Assembly (NCBI GenBank): GCA_041659765.1
Contig: JBAZXR010000001.1
Coordinates: 44,537 to 108,536 of the forward strand
Source of the DNA: Patescibacteria group bacterium
GTDB lineage: Bacteria; Patescibacteriota; Patescibacteriia; UBA9934
Direction of reading: 5' to 3'
Length of the DNA stretch: 64,000 bases
Part shown: positions 27,872 through 38,336 of the stretch, piece after piece
Layout of the letters: each line of letters starts with the position of its first letter
Numbering within the stretch: position 1 is the stretch's first letter
Position numbers and translations under genes: made by a program
Notes under the pieces: generated by a model
What the model saw: the letters and a program-made list of their open reading frames with translations, nothing else
What the model was told of the DNA's origin: nothing
Database searches by the model: none

Positions 27872-30800
27872 ATGCCTGAACCATGGTTGCCTTTTTTTGC
27901 AAATCATCGGCTTCACAGAATCATTCTCCTGATTCTCGTAGCAATTACGGTGCCGATGCTCAGTGTCTCGCTTTTTCTGAATCAAGTGTTGGCGGTCACT
28001 CGGACTTGGGATGGCGGGGGGACTGACGGAACATGCGGAGGCGGGGCAGGGGACGGTAATAAATGGTCCTGTGCGGCTAACTGGTCTGCGGACACGGTTC
28101 CTGTTTCCGGAGATGTCGTGGTTTTTGACGGGACGTCTACCAAGGATTCAACTATTGATGCTGGTTTTGCAGGGACCATCACTAGCTTGAGTATTAATTC
28201 TGGTTACACCGGAACGATTACCATGGCGCGTTCGTTAACGATGACGAGCACATATACCCAAGCCGACGGTACATTTTCGCAGGGTGCTCAGACACTCACC
28301 ATAGCCGGCAATTTTGCTCACACCGCCGGTACATTTAACGCAAATACCGGAACTGTCGTTTTGACTGGGGCAACCCCGACACTTTCTGGATCCACGACAT
28401 TTAACAATTTGTATGTAGCTACCACCACCACTAGTGATGTCACGCTAACTTTGCCAGCTTCGACTACTACAGTAGTTTCAGGTGCAACGCGATTGCTGGC
28501 GAGCACGCACAGTGATCCAGTGGTGAATATCCTGACAATTGTCAGCAGTTCCTCGGGTGTCCAGGCGAGTGTGGACTTTCAAGGAAGCCTCACGATTTTT
28601 TCGGCGCACGTGAAGGACGTTAACAACATTAACGCTACGCAAGTCCACTGTTATGTTGATTGTGTTGATGACGGAAACAATACGAATATTCGTTTTGGCG
28701 AGCCGGGGCTAGCTCGGACCACGGTTTCTGGCAATGTGACTGAAGCTGGGTCAACCGCCACATTTACCGTGGCGCTTCGTGGCAAGCCAACGGCGAACGT
28801 CATCGTTCCGCTTTCGGTGTCTGACGCTACGGAGGCAAGCGTGTCACCAGCCTCGCTGACGTTCACCGCTTTAAATTACACTACTCCGCAGACGGTGACC
28901 GTTACAGGAGTTGACGACTCAGAGGATGACGGGGGAGTCTCTTCGACAATTGTCTTTGGCACAGCTACTAGCGTGGATTCGCTGTATGGGGTATTGGATG
29001 CTTCGGATGTATCTATTTTTACCGAGGATGATGATCAGCTGGCTGCGCTCGTTGATTTTGATAATGCGGCCTTGTTAACGGAAGAAGACGTGAAGGGAAC
29101 AGCCGTTTGGTTTGATCAGACAAACCAGGGCGAGGGCACATTGAAAACCGGCAGCGGCGGAGCGGCGGTGAGTCTTACCGGAACAAAAATACTTCCAGGT
29201 TGCCGCGCGACTATTGGCGGAGTAGATTTCATTATTTCTCGTTTAAGTCCCACGGTGACTGGCCAGGTACTTTTAACTGATGGTGTGACTCGTCCTGAGA
29301 ATCTTCATCTGGTGTTGGCTGACGGAGCCGTTACAAAAATTGTTTGCACTATAAAGCCGGTGAATGATGTTCAATTAGGGGGTAGTTCATCAAGCATCGC
29401 GGTTCGAAGCACATTGTTTCCAGGCAGCGGTTACACGGAGGGGCGGGTTTTTACTGACAATACGAATGGACGTGTGTGGTTTACACAAACGAACTCCTTG
29501 CCTGCGCTGAAAGGGATTTCTATGACGACCGGGCTTGAGACCATCAGTACGGCGCTGACGGGAGAAACTGGTAATGCTGTAATCAGCCATGACTCTACGC
29601 GTGACACGTTGTGGCTTTCCGAGTATGCCTTAAACAAAGTTGTAGCTATTAATGCAGCCACGGGTGCGTACGCGTTTGGAACGCTCGGCGCGAGTAGTTT
29701 TACTATCGCTGGTTCCCCGTGGTCGATAGCCTATAACCCTGAGTTAGACGAAATTTGGGTTCTAACAAACGACGGCCATGAGGTAAAAAGAATCAATCCT
29801 GCTGATGGAGCGGTGGTCGGCACCGTGGCGCTCAGTTTTAGTCCTAATAGAATAGTTTATGACTCTACCCAGCATGCCATGTGGGTTGAAGTTGATAATA
29901 CGTACAGCAGCTCACTTATAAAATTATCAGCCACTTCTGGTACTTTTGCGAACGTAACTGAGTCTGCAAGTTTGTTTCCGGTGCCGGATGTTTCCGCCAG
30001 CGATTACGGCAGCCTGCTTTATGACTCATCGAGGAATGTTCTTTGGGAGACGTCATATCGGGAGGCCGATGGTGTTGATAAACTGAACAAGATTGACGCC
30101 TCTACGGGAGCCGTGATCGGCTCGTATCCAACCGGTGCGTTCACTAATGCGGCCGCCCTGGATCCTGTAACCGGCAATGTGCTCGTCGCGTACTCAAATT
30201 ATGTTACCCCGCCCGCAGAGGGCGGTTCGGCTGGCGTAATGGAGTTTGACGCGGCTACGGGAGAACGGATCGCTACCTACACATCGTCTACCGGTCTCGT
30301 TCAGAGTATGGCGCGCGGAACAGGGAATATCAACTGGATTCTTGACATTATTGAGAATGAACTGAGTCAATCCGTTATCGGCGGTGCGCCAGTCGGGAAG
30401 TTTTATACCACGCTTACTACATCTTCTTCTGATGTAGATATTGCGAGCGGCTCAACTCTTTCCTCGGTTTCTGCCTCGGCAAGCGAGGCCGGAGAAATTG
30501 TTTCTTTTGCCCTCACCTTTGATGGCGGAAACAGTTACAAGGTTTATGGTTCATGGCGCGTGATCGCTTCTAATAAAGCAGGAGACCACGGAGGTACTGA
30601 CGGTGTTTGGTATTACCGGGATGATGCGGACGCATGGACAGCTGCACCGAGCAATGCTCCGGCCGAAGCAGTATCTCTGGCTGTAGAAAACGGCCCGACA
30701 CATAACCGTATGACGGCCGGTACGTTAAACGGTTTGGGTGAAGATATTTTTCAGCAGGCTGGCGGTTTCTCAACCTCCACTACTTCTGTCGGGGTTTCGG

Positions 30801-31567
30801 TTACGTTATCTACGGCGGACTCATCGCATCATCCAAGCGCAGATACAGTGACCTTTAATTTTGCACCCGCTCCGACTCAGCGAGGCACGCCCGGTACCGG
30901 GACTCCTGGAGGACTGCCGCCGGTCACTGCCCCTACCCCTGAGACGCCAGAGCCGTTGCCAGAGCCGTTGCCGGAGATCGTTACGCCTATTAGTTCTTTT
31001 CCGGAGGGTACCACTCTCGTACCGGGCGACTATGTACGAAGTCTGAGTTCTTCGACCGTGTATTTGATCACCTCCGCGGGCACGCGCCGGCCGTTTATGA
31101 ATGCGAAAGTATTTTTCACTTATATCTCGGACTTTTCGGCGGTGAAATTCGTGAGCGATTCGTTTATAGAGGCCTTCGTTGATGGCCAGCCGATGCCGCC
31201 AAAACCAGGAACTGTCCTCGTGAAAACGCCGAGCTCTGACAGGGTGTATGCGTTTGCACCAGAGGCGACTATTGAACATCCAGAAATCCGTTGGATTCAG
31301 GGCGAATCTCTCGCTCGAAATTTCTTTGGCCTTAACTGGGCTGACTATGTGATTGATCTTGACCAGCCGGCCATTGACCAGCTGCCTGTGGGCGAACCTC
31401 TGACGGAGACTGATGTTGTGGACTCGACTCAATTACTGCGCCGAGTAGATTTGGCTAGACGGGTTAGCGAGTTCATCAATTTTGCCTCTGTTCATCTTCC
31501 AGGCCTAGTTGAATGGGCTTCGATTGATACCGTTCACTTCCCATTCTGGCCGAAGTTCCACAAGTAA
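27872..31567 (+). CDS. Large multidomain surface protein (beta-helix, Calx-beta-like, beta-propeller, CPR-type C-terminal domain)
   Basis: N-terminal signal/TM; TWDGGG...NWS..TVP; V.EAG.TATFTVAL...LTFT..NY.TPQTVTVTG; YD...W propeller repeats; Pro linker; C-terminal STVY.I...G.RRPF.N...FFTY...PG..LVK...VYA. Confidence 0.8.
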   Translation: MPEPWLPFFANHRLHRIILLILVAITVPMLSVSLFLNQVLAVTRTWDGGGTDGTCGGGAGDGNKWSCAANWSADTVPVSGDVVVFDGTSTKDSTIDAGFAGTITSLSINSGYTGTITMARSLTMTSTYTQADGTFSQGAQTLTIAGNFAHTAGTFNANTGTVVLTGATPTLSGSTTFNNLYVATTTTSDVTLTLPASTTTVVSGATRLLASTHSDPVVNILTIVSSSSGVQASVDFQGSLTIFSAHVKDVNNINATQVHCYVDCVDDGNNTNIRFGEPGLARTTVSGNVTEAGSTATFTVALRGKPTANVIVPLSVSDATEASVSPASLTFTALNYTTPQTVTVTGVDDSEDDGGVSSTIVFGTATSVDSLYGVLDASDVSIFTEDDDQLAALVDFDNAALLTEEDVKGTAVWFDQTNQGEGTLKTGSGGAAVSLTGTKILPGCRATIGGVDFIISRLSPTVTGQVLLTDGVTRPENLHLVLADGAVTKIVCTIKPVNDVQLGGSSSSIAVRSTLFPGSGYTEGRVFTDNTNGRVWFTQTNSLPALKGISMTTGLETISTALTGETGNAVISHDSTRDTLWLSEYALNKVVAINAATGAYAFGTLGASSFTIAGSPWSIAYNPELDEIWVLTNDGHEVKRINPADGAVVGTVALSFSPNRIVYDSTQHAMWVEVDNTYSSSLIKLSATSGTFANVTESASLFPVPDVSASDYGSLLYDSSRNVLWETSYREADGVDKLNKIDASTGAVIGSYPTGAFTNAAALDPVTGNVLVAYSNYVTPPAEGGSAGVMEFDAATGERIATYTSSTGLVQSMARGTGNINWILDIIENELSQSVIGGAPVGKFYTTLTTSSSDVDIASGSTLSSVSASASEAGEIVSFALTFDGGNSYKVYGSWRVIASNKAGDHGGTDGVWYYRDDADAWTAAPSNAPAEAVSLAVENGPTHNRMTAGTLNGLGEDIFQQAGGFSTSTTSVGVSVTLSTADSSHHPSADTVTFNFAPAPTQRGTPGTGTPGGLPPVTAPTPETPEPLPEPLPEIVTPISSFPEGTTLVPGDYVRSLSSSTVYLITSAGTRRPFMNAKVFFTYISDFSAVKFVSDSFIEAFVDGQPMPPKPGTVLVKTPSSDRVYAFAPEATIEHPEIRWIQGESLARNFFGLNWADYVIDLDQPAIDQLPVGEPLTETDVVDSTQLLRRVDLARRVSEFINFASVHLPGLVEWASIDTVHFPFWPKFHK

Positions 31568-31575
31568 ACTTGGGG

Positions 31576-32490
31576 TTAAGCTAGCTTTGTAAGTTTGGCG
31601 ACGAAAAATCCTTCCATGCGTTCGTCCGGCAGCATGGTGATAGTTTTATGCGCAGTTTTTTTCGCATTTTGCAGCGGGAGCGAGATTTCAACGGGCTTCA
31701 TCTGAGGGAACTCAGTAATGAGCCATTCAACCATTTGTTCGTTTTCTTCGGGTGCAAGGGTGCAGGTTGAATAGACAAGCGTTCCACCTGGCTTGAGGCA
31801 GCCCACGGCGGCCCGTAAGAGCCGACGCTGGAGCTTTGCGTGCTCGACGATGTTCTTTTCTGACCAAAAACCAAACGTCCGTTTTTCATTGATGTTGATC
31901 CGGCCTTCGGCTGAACACGGGGCATCGACCAGTATCTTATCGAAGTATTCCGGGAATTCTTTATGCAAAAGTGTGCCGTCCGTATGTCTCGCGTTCACTT
32001 TTGCGCTTTGAACGCGAATAGTGTTTTCGAGTTTTTGAAAGCGGACCTCATTGTCTTCTGTGGCAATAATCTCGGCGGCATTATTCGTCATCATGGCTAT
32101 TTCTGTTGTCTTTGACCCCGGTGCAGCACAAAGATCGAGGATCCTTTCTCCGGCTCTTGGTTCAAGGATAACCGGAGGGATCATTGAAGAGATTCCTTGT
32201 AAATATATTTTCCCGTCTTTCGCGAGCGGGTGTCCTAGAAGTTCATCGTCTGTTCGATTCTTGATTAGAAACGCGTGTGGCACGGCCTTGATCCTTTCGA
32301 ACATGATTTGTTCATCTCGAAACACAGCCATCACTGCTTCGTCTGAAGATTTGAGTGTATTGACGCGGAGGGTGGGTTTTTGGGCTACGCTAAAAGCCCG
32401 GAGCATCGCGGAATAGGTTCCGGTGCCCCATTGTTTGGTTAGTCGGTCGCGCAGGGCGTTAGGGAGAGGATCGCGCATGTTATTCGCCAT
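31576..32490 (-). CDS. RsmB/RsmF (NOL1/NOP2/Sun) RNA m5C methyltransferase
   Basis: LDLCAAPGSKT, FDKILVDAPCS, LVYSTCTLAPEENE; start 32490 or 32478. Confidence 0.92.
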   Translation of the reverse strand: MANNMRDPLPNALRDRLTKQWGTGTYSAMLRAFSVAQKPTLRVNTLKSSDEAVMAVFRDEQIMFERIKAVPHAFLIKNRTDDELLGHPLAKDGKIYLQGISSMIPPVILEPRAGERILDLCAAPGSKTTEIAMMTNNAAEIIATEDNEVRFQKLENTIRVQSAKVNARHTDGTLLHKEFPEYFDKILVDAPCSAEGRININEKRTFGFWSEKNIVEHAKLQRRLLRAAVGCLKPGGTLVYSTCTLAPEENEQMVEWLITEFPQMKPVEISLPLQNAKKTAHKTITMLPDERMEGFFVAKLTKLA

Positions 32491-33121
32491 GTTCGGGGAG
32501 AATCCAGATAACGTACGATTGTTCAATAGCGGTTGTTACGCCGGTTTTTCGTACTACGCCCCTAACTTTGACCCTCTTTCCTACCACAAGGTCTGTTTCT
32601 GTACCAGTGACGCTCTTGGGTTTTTGAATTTGTGTTTCAGCTGAATATGTCGCTTTCATCGTTATGTTCGATGGCAATATTTTGATCGAGAGTGACTTGC
32701 TTTGTAAATCGACGCTTAAAATTTCGCCCTCTTGAATGACCGGATCAAGAAACCAAAGATTATTATTAGTCACCGTTAATGCAGTCAGCGATCCGTCCCG
32801 GTTTCTGATTGAATAGATGGCCAGTTCTTCGTTCGATTTGAAATTACTGAGTGCCGTTCCACCGCCGTATCGCTGGAGAAAGGATGTCTTTGGGGTTAAA
32901 AAATAAGTGGTATGTATAGTTCCTCGGTCTGCATCCTGCCGGCTCACAAGGAGTGTTCCGGTGCCGGTTTTTTGATCTTGTTGCGCCGACACATAGGTGG
33001 CGATGGTCGTAAAGTACTCATAAGATGCTAGGCCTATAGATTGGGCACTGACAAAAACGGCACCCGTTAGGCAGAGTATGACTGACATGGTGACCGCTGT
33101 AGAACGAAAGTATTTGTGCAC
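32480..33121 (-). CDS. Secreted hypothetical protein with two OB-fold-like (DUF5666-like) repeats
   Basis: Signal peptide; T...DL.VG.RV.VRG-type pattern. Confidence 0.55.
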   Translation of the reverse strand: MHKYFRSTAVTMSVILCLTGAVFVSAQSIGLASYEYFTTIATYVSAQQDQKTGTGTLLVSRQDADRGTIHTTYFLTPKTSFLQRYGGGTALSNFKSNEELAIYSIRNRDGSLTALTVTNNNLWFLDPVIQEGEILSVDLQSKSLSIKILPSNITMKATYSAETQIQKPKSVTGTETDLVVGKRVKVRGVVRKTGVTTAIEQSYVIWILPEHGE

Positions 33122-33153
33122 AGAAAATATATTTAATATAGTACAATCATACT

Positions 33154-34365
33154 ATGCCCAACTTCTATCAGAATTTTCTCAAGCAGCTTGATCGGGCGCT
33201 CGTGCTTGATCAGGATATGCAGAAACAGAGCGACGACTTTAAGACGCCGCAACAGATTTGGGAGAGAACCATTCTTTTAAAAAAAGATAACGGGGAAACC
33301 ATTGAATTGCCGGCGTTCCGCATTCAGCACAACAATTGGTGCGGCCCGTATAAGGGAGGAATTCGTTTCCACCCGGATGTGAATAAGGACGAGGTGAAAG
33401 CGCTCGCTTCACTCATGAGTTTTAAGACTGCGGTTGCGGGTATTCCAATGGGCGGCGGAAAGGGCGGTGTGGCGGTTGACCCGAAGACCTTGTCCGTGCG
33501 CGAGAAGGACGAAGTCGCGCGTGAGTATGCTCGGACATTCCGCGATGTGCTCGGACCAACAAAAGACGTGCCCGCACCGGACGTGAATACGACAAGCCGC
33601 GAGATGGATATTATTGCGGAAGAATTCGGTCACCCTGCAGTTGTCACCGGTAAGAGCATTGAACATGGAGGTTCGCTCGGTCGTGATACCGCTACGGCGC
33701 AGGGAGGCTGGTATGTGTTGTCGGCTTTGAAAGAAAAACTCTTTCTCGACCCTGAGACATTTACCGTAGCAATTCAAGGTTTCGGAAATGCGGGTGCGAC
33801 ATTTGCCGACATCTGTGTGAGGCACGAGGTGAGAGTAGTTGCTGTTTCTGATTCAAAGAGTGGTATTTACGCTGAAGCGGGACTTGATGTCGCCGCCGTC
33901 CACGCATACAAGGAATCGACCGGATCACTGGTCGGTTTTCCTGGGGCGCAGCAGATTACGAACGCTGAGTTGCTAGAGCTAGAATGTGGCGTGCTAGTCC
34001 CAGCGGCACTTGAGAGTCAGATCACCGAAGAAAATGCGCCGCGTATCAAGGCGAAGGTCATTCTTGAGCTCGCGAATGGTCCCACCACGGTAGAAGCGGA
34101 CGATATTTTGTTCGGCAAGGGAATAGTTGTCATTCCTGATATCTTGGCTAATGCCGGGGGAGTGACGGTCAGTTATTTTGAGTGGGATCAGAACATGAAG
34201 AGTGAAAAGTGGACTGCCGAGCAGGTGGACGAGAAGCTTAAAACGCACATGGAAGAAGCTGCTCGCCGCGTGTGGGCGTTCAAAGAACAGTTCAAGACTG
34301 ATCTACGCCGTGCCGCTTTTTATGTGGCGCTTGATAGAATGATTGCATCTAAACCGATTCACTAA
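33154..34365 (+). CDS. gdhA: Glu/Leu/Phe/Val dehydrogenase (glutamate dehydrogenase)
   Basis: GPYKGGIRFHP, GGGKGG, DVPAPDVNT, QGFGNAG, ELANGPTT, PDILANAGGVTVSYFEW. Confidence 0.92.
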   Translation: MPNFYQNFLKQLDRALVLDQDMQKQSDDFKTPQQIWERTILLKKDNGETIELPAFRIQHNNWCGPYKGGIRFHPDVNKDEVKALASLMSFKTAVAGIPMGGGKGGVAVDPKTLSVREKDEVAREYARTFRDVLGPTKDVPAPDVNTTSREMDIIAEEFGHPAVVTGKSIEHGGSLGRDTATAQGGWYVLSALKEKLFLDPETFTVAIQGFGNAGATFADICVRHEVRVVAVSDSKSGIYAEAGLDVAAVHAYKESTGSLVGFPGAQQITNAELLELECGVLVPAALESQITEENAPRIKAKVILELANGPTTVEADDILFGKGIVVIPDILANAGGVTVSYFEWDQNMKSEKWTAEQVDEKLKTHMEEAARRVWAFKEQFKTDLRRAAFYVALDRMIASKPIH

Positions 34366-34366
34366 T

Positions 34367-34705
34367 ATGGAAACACTTTCTGTCACGGATTTGAAAACAA
34401 AGTTAGACTCAGGCGAGACGCTCATGCTCGTTGATCTGCAGGACGCAGCTAACTTTGAGCATCGCCACATTCCTGGGGCAGTGAATATTCCGCTCGATGA
34501 CAAGTGCGCCGAGACCTGCACCGCTGTCCTTAAAGACAAAGATGCCACTATTATTGTCTACGGCGAATTCGACGAACTCGGCAAGGGTTCGCAGGCAACA
34601 GATGTCCTCTCAGCTGCGGGGTACACGAAGCTCATCCGATTGACTGGCGGACTCATGGGCTGGATGGAGGCTGGGTATGCTGTTGAGGGCGGAAAAGCAT
34701 CCTAG
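34367..34705 (+). CDS. Rhodanese-like domain protein without the catalytic Cys
   Basis: HIPGAVNIP and L.GG..GW motifs; IIVYG where IIVYC is expected. Confidence 0.85.
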   Translation: METLSVTDLKTKLDSGETLMLVDLQDAANFEHRHIPGAVNIPLDDKCAETCTAVLKDKDATIIVYGEFDELGKGSQATDVLSAAGYTKLIRLTGGLMGWMEAGYAVEGGKAS

Positions 34706-34710
34706 TATTA

Positions 34711-34740
34711 CTTTACTCTTTAATCTTTACGCTTTACTCT
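34711..34740 (+). repeat. Four tandem heptamers CTTTAnn upstream of leuS
   Basis: CTTTACT CTTTAAT CTTTACG CTTTACT CT. Confidence 0.6.
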
Positions 34741-34749
34741 GTTAGTCGT

Positions 34750-37026
34750 ATGTCCTACGACCATTCTTCAGTTGATCCCAAATGGCAGAAGCGTTGGGAA
34801 GAGTCTGGCATTTTTCATGCTAAGGATTTCGGGAAAGAGAAATATTACATTCTCGTTGAATTTCCGTATCCATCTGGTGCCGGCCTGCACGTGGGTCACC
34901 CCAGGAGCTATACGGCGCTCGACGTCGTAGCTCGCAAGAAAAGAATGGAGGGAAAAAATGTTTTGTTTCCAATGGGCTGGGATGCGTTCGGTTTGCCCGC
35001 GGAGAACTACGCCATTAAAACGGGAATACATCCGAGCGTCGTGACCAAGCAGAACATTGATACGTTCCGCCGTCAGCTGCAATCCATCGGTTTTAGTTTT
35101 GATTGGTCGAGGGAGATCAATACAACGGATCCGAAATATTACCGCTGGACGCAGTGGCAGTTTTTGCAGTTTTTCAAAGCCGGACTCGCCTATAAGGCGA
35201 AGGCGTTTATTAATTGGTGTCCCAAAGATAAAATTGGCCTAGCTAACGAAGAAGTTATTGGCGGCAATTGCGAACGCTGTGGAACTCCCGTCGAGAAAAA
35301 AGAAAAAGAACAGTGGATGCTCGCCATTACTAAGTATGCAGACCGATTGATCGATGATCTGAAAGACGTCGACTATTTGCCGAAGATTAAAAAGCAGCAG
35401 GAAGATTGGATTGGCCGAAGCGAAGGCGCCGAAATTACATTTGGCGATATTGCTGTTTTTACAACACGTCCGGACACAATCGACGGCGTGACGTATGTCG
35501 TACTCGCTCCTGAACATCCGTTAGTCGAAAAAATGACAACCAACGAGCAGAGAAAGGAGGTTGCGAGTTATCTTGAAGATGTAAAGCAGAAAACCGAGAT
35601 TGAGCGCGGTGATGATTCCAAAGAAAAGACGGGCGTATTTACGGGTTCGTTCGTGACAAATCCATTTAATGGCGAAAAAGTTCCAGTTTGGGTGGCTGAT
35701 TACGTGCTTGGACATTATGGAACTGGTGCAGTGATGGCTGTGCCAGAGCATGATGAGCGTGATCGGACGTTTGCCGAGAAGTTCGAATTGCCAATTATCG
35801 ATAAGCCATTGGTGACCTTCGACGAGGCAGTCAAAAAGTCTGGTGGTACAAAGAAAACCACCTACAAACTCCGCGATTGGGTATTTTCTCGTCAGCGTTA
35901 CTGGGGCGAGCCGATTCCGCTCGTCCATTGTGAGAAAGACGGATGGGTTGCGGTTCCGGACGATCAACTGCCGGTCGAATTGCCACAGGTCGAGAAATAC
36001 GAACCGACTGATAACGGCGAATCGCCGCTTGCTTCTATCGAGTCATTCGTGAACACCACGTGTCCTACATGTGGGGGAGTTGCGAAGAGAGAGACTGACA
36101 CTATGCCGAACTGGGCGGGGTCTAGCTGGTACTTTTTGCGCTACGCGGATCCGCATAATGATGAGGCGTTCGCGTCAAAGAAAGCGTTGAAGTATTGGAT
36201 GCCCGTTGATTTGTATAACGGCGGCATGGAGCACACCACGCTCCACTTGTTGTACTCGCGCTTCTGGAACAAGTTTCTGTTTGACCAGGGATTGGTGCCA
36301 GTCAGCGAGCCATATCAGCGTCGTCACTCTCATGGTTTGATCATGGCTGAAGACGGTACGAAGATGAGTAAGTCTGTCGGCAATGTTGTAAATCCTGATG
36401 ATATCGTGAAGGAATTCGGCGCTGACACGCTCCGTGTTTACGAACTGTTCATGGGGCCATTCGAGGAGCCAGTGCCGTGGAGCATGAATGGCGTAGTCGG
36501 TGTGAAACGTTTTTTGGATAAAATAACCCGAATCGGTGATCGCGTAGGGGTCGACCCATGCGTCGACCCTCTCTCCGTGGATCGCGCATTGCACAAGGCC
36601 ATCAAGAAGGTGACGGCGGATATTGAGGGTTTTAAATTCAATACCGCGGTCGCCACCATGATGACGTTTGTGAACGAGGCTCAGGATAAGGGAATTTCCA
36701 AAGAGAGCTTTGAGAAGTTCTTGCAGATTCTGGTTCCTTTCGCTCCTCACACTGCTAATGAACTTTGGGAAAAGTTGGGTCATGAAGGATTTGTAGAAGC
36801 GCAGTCTTGGCCGATGTTTGACCCGGCCATGCTGATTGAAGAAGCTGTGACCATGGCGGTCCAAATCAACGGTAAGTTGCGGGCGAATATCTCTGTGCCC
36901 CCGGATTCTGCAGATGATGAGGTTGTTGCGGTCGCGAAGGCCGACGAGAATGTAAAAAAGTATTTGACTGTGGAACCAAAGAAGACGATTGTGGTGAAGA
37001 ATAAGATTGTGAATTTTGTGGTGTGA
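34750..37026 (+). CDS. leuS: Leucyl-tRNA synthetase
   Basis: [44 protein letters not shown]. Confidence 0.97.
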   Translation: MSYDHSSVDPKWQKRWEESGIFHAKDFGKEKYYILVEFPYPSGAGLHVGHPRSYTALDVVARKKRMEGKNVLFPMGWDAFGLPAENYAIKTGIHPSVVTKQNIDTFRRQLQSIGFSFDWSREINTTDPKYYRWTQWQFLQFFKAGLAYKAKAFINWCPKDKIGLANEEVIGGNCERCGTPVEKKEKEQWMLAITKYADRLIDDLKDVDYLPKIKKQQEDWIGRSEGAEITFGDIAVFTTRPDTIDGVTYVVLAPEHPLVEKMTTNEQRKEVASYLEDVKQKTEIERGDDSKEKTGVFTGSFVTNPFNGEKVPVWVADYVLGHYGTGAVMAVPEHDERDRTFAEKFELPIIDKPLVTFDEAVKKSGGTKKTTYKLRDWVFSRQRYWGEPIPLVHCEKDGWVAVPDDQLPVELPQVEKYEPTDNGESPLASIESFVNTTCPTCGGVAKRETDTMPNWAGSSWYFLRYADPHNDEAFASKKALKYWMPVDLYNGGMEHTTLHLLYSRFWNKFLFDQGLVPVSEPYQRRHSHGLIMAEDGTKMSKSVGNVVNPDDIVKEFGADTLRVYELFMGPFEEPVPWSMNGVVGVKRFLDKITRIGDRVGVDPCVDPLSVDRALHKAIKKVTADIEGFKFNTAVATMMTFVNEAQDKGISKESFEKFLQILVPFAPHTANELWEKLGHEGFVEAQSWPMFDPAMLIEEAVTMAVQINGKLRANISVPPDSADDEVVAVAKADENVKKYLTVEPKKTIVVKNKIVNFVV
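36544..36570 (+). repeat. REP-like palindrome in frame inside leuS
   Basis: GTAGGGGTCGACCCATGCGTCGACCCT encodes VGVDPCVDP; 26/27 identical to the reverse complement of the intergenic palindrome at 12651-12690. Confidence 0.8.
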
Positions 37027-38282
37027 TGAAGGTAACGCCGAGCAGAGCTCTCAGAGTTTTGCTCGGTGTTTTTATTTGTGGTGTAGCTATCTACTCGTTC
37101 TTTCCTGGATTTGCTCCTCGTCCAAACTCTGTTGCCTTTTATCTTGGGAAAGATGCGAGCGTGACGGGCGTTATCATGAGGCATCAGGCGGGGAAGAAGA
37201 GTGACAAAGTGACGCTTGAGCGATTAACCGTGAATGGGGAAGAGGTTCTTGATAAGGTGTTGCTTTATCTTCCGGCTGGTGCAAAAGCCGAGCTTGGGGA
37301 CAAGGTGGGGGTTCACTGTAATTTGTATAAACCACATCCGTTTGCCGATTTTCAGTATGACCGCTGGTTAGCTGCCAGACAGATTTTTGCTTTGTGCAGG
37401 AGCAGTAATTCGCCCTTCGTGCTAGAGCGTGAAGCCGCGCAAGGTCCGCGAGTTTGGTTGGGCAACCTTCATACCACCGCGGTTGAGTATATTGACGCTT
37501 CGATACCAGACCCGCATGCCCAGTTACTTGCGGGTTTACTACTTGGCGATAATGCTTTTACTGACGAGTGGAAAGAACAGTTTATTCGTACTGGCACTTC
37601 GCACGTGGTGGCTGCGAGCGGATACAACGTGGCGCTTGTGTCATCACTCGCGTTTGCCTTTCTTGTTTATGCAGGCCTGCGCAGACAATACGCTTTTCCG
37701 TTCGTGATCGCTGCGGTTGCGGGATTCGTCATTATTGCCGGAGCCGAGGCGGCAGTGACGCGTGCGGGCATTATGGGCGTTATTGGCCTCTCGGCGACCC
37801 AACTCGGTCGGAAGAGCTCGGCGAAGACTGCATTATTGTTGACCGCTGCTATCATGCTTGCCCTTGAGCCGAGACTCCTTCGCGATGATCCAGGGTTTCA
37901 GCTGTCGGTCTTGTCGACCATGGGGCTCATGGCTTTTGCTAAACCAATCGCGCAGAAGATCGATTGGATCCCCGAGCGGTTTGGTATCCGCGAATCTTTT
38001 GCCTGCACCCTGGCCGCAACTTTGGCGACTCTGCCGATTTCTATTTTTAGTTTTCATCGTGTGTCTCTAGTTGGTCCGCTCACGAATCTAATCATTTTGC
38101 CTTTTGTTCCTTACGCCATGGCCACAGGAACGATCGGTGTTTTAAGCCAGGCTGTCCTTAACTCGCTTGACCTTCGCAGCCTCCCTAACCTTTTAGCCTT
38201 TCCCGGTTGGTTATTGCTCGAGATTATTCTCGACGTTATCCAGGCAATGGCGAACCTTCCATTCGCGGTACTTAACCTTTGA
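37026..38282 (+). CDS. comEC: ComEC/Rec2 competence protein (OB and competence domains, no MBL domain)
   Basis: GLLLG, F.RTGTSHVVAASGYNV, RAGIM, DPGFQLS, NL..LP. Confidence 0.9.
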   Translation: MKVTPSRALRVLLGVFICGVAIYSFFPGFAPRPNSVAFYLGKDASVTGVIMRHQAGKKSDKVTLERLTVNGEEVLDKVLLYLPAGAKAELGDKVGVHCNLYKPHPFADFQYDRWLAARQIFALCRSSNSPFVLEREAAQGPRVWLGNLHTTAVEYIDASIPDPHAQLLAGLLLGDNAFTDEWKEQFIRTGTSHVVAASGYNVALVSSLAFAFLVYAGLRRQYAFPFVIAAVAGFVIIAGAEAAVTRAGIMGVIGLSATQLGRKSSAKTALLLTAAIMLALEPRLLRDDPGFQLSVLSTMGLMAFAKPIAQKIDWIPERFGIRESFACTLAATLATLPISIFSFHRVSLVGPLTNLIILPFVPYAMATGTIGVLSQAVLNSLDLRSLPNLLAFPGWLLLEIILDVIQAMANLPFAVLNL

Positions 38283-38336
38283 ACTTGACCATCTTTATAA
38301 ATCCCCGTATCTTTCAGGCCAATTAACCGAACTTTT

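Noticed and set aside
37024-37026. Possible alternative genetic code (TGA read as Gly, as in Gracilibacteria)
   Set aside because: leuS ends at TGA at its expected C-terminus, overlapping the next ATG, and the conserved genes have no internal TGA.
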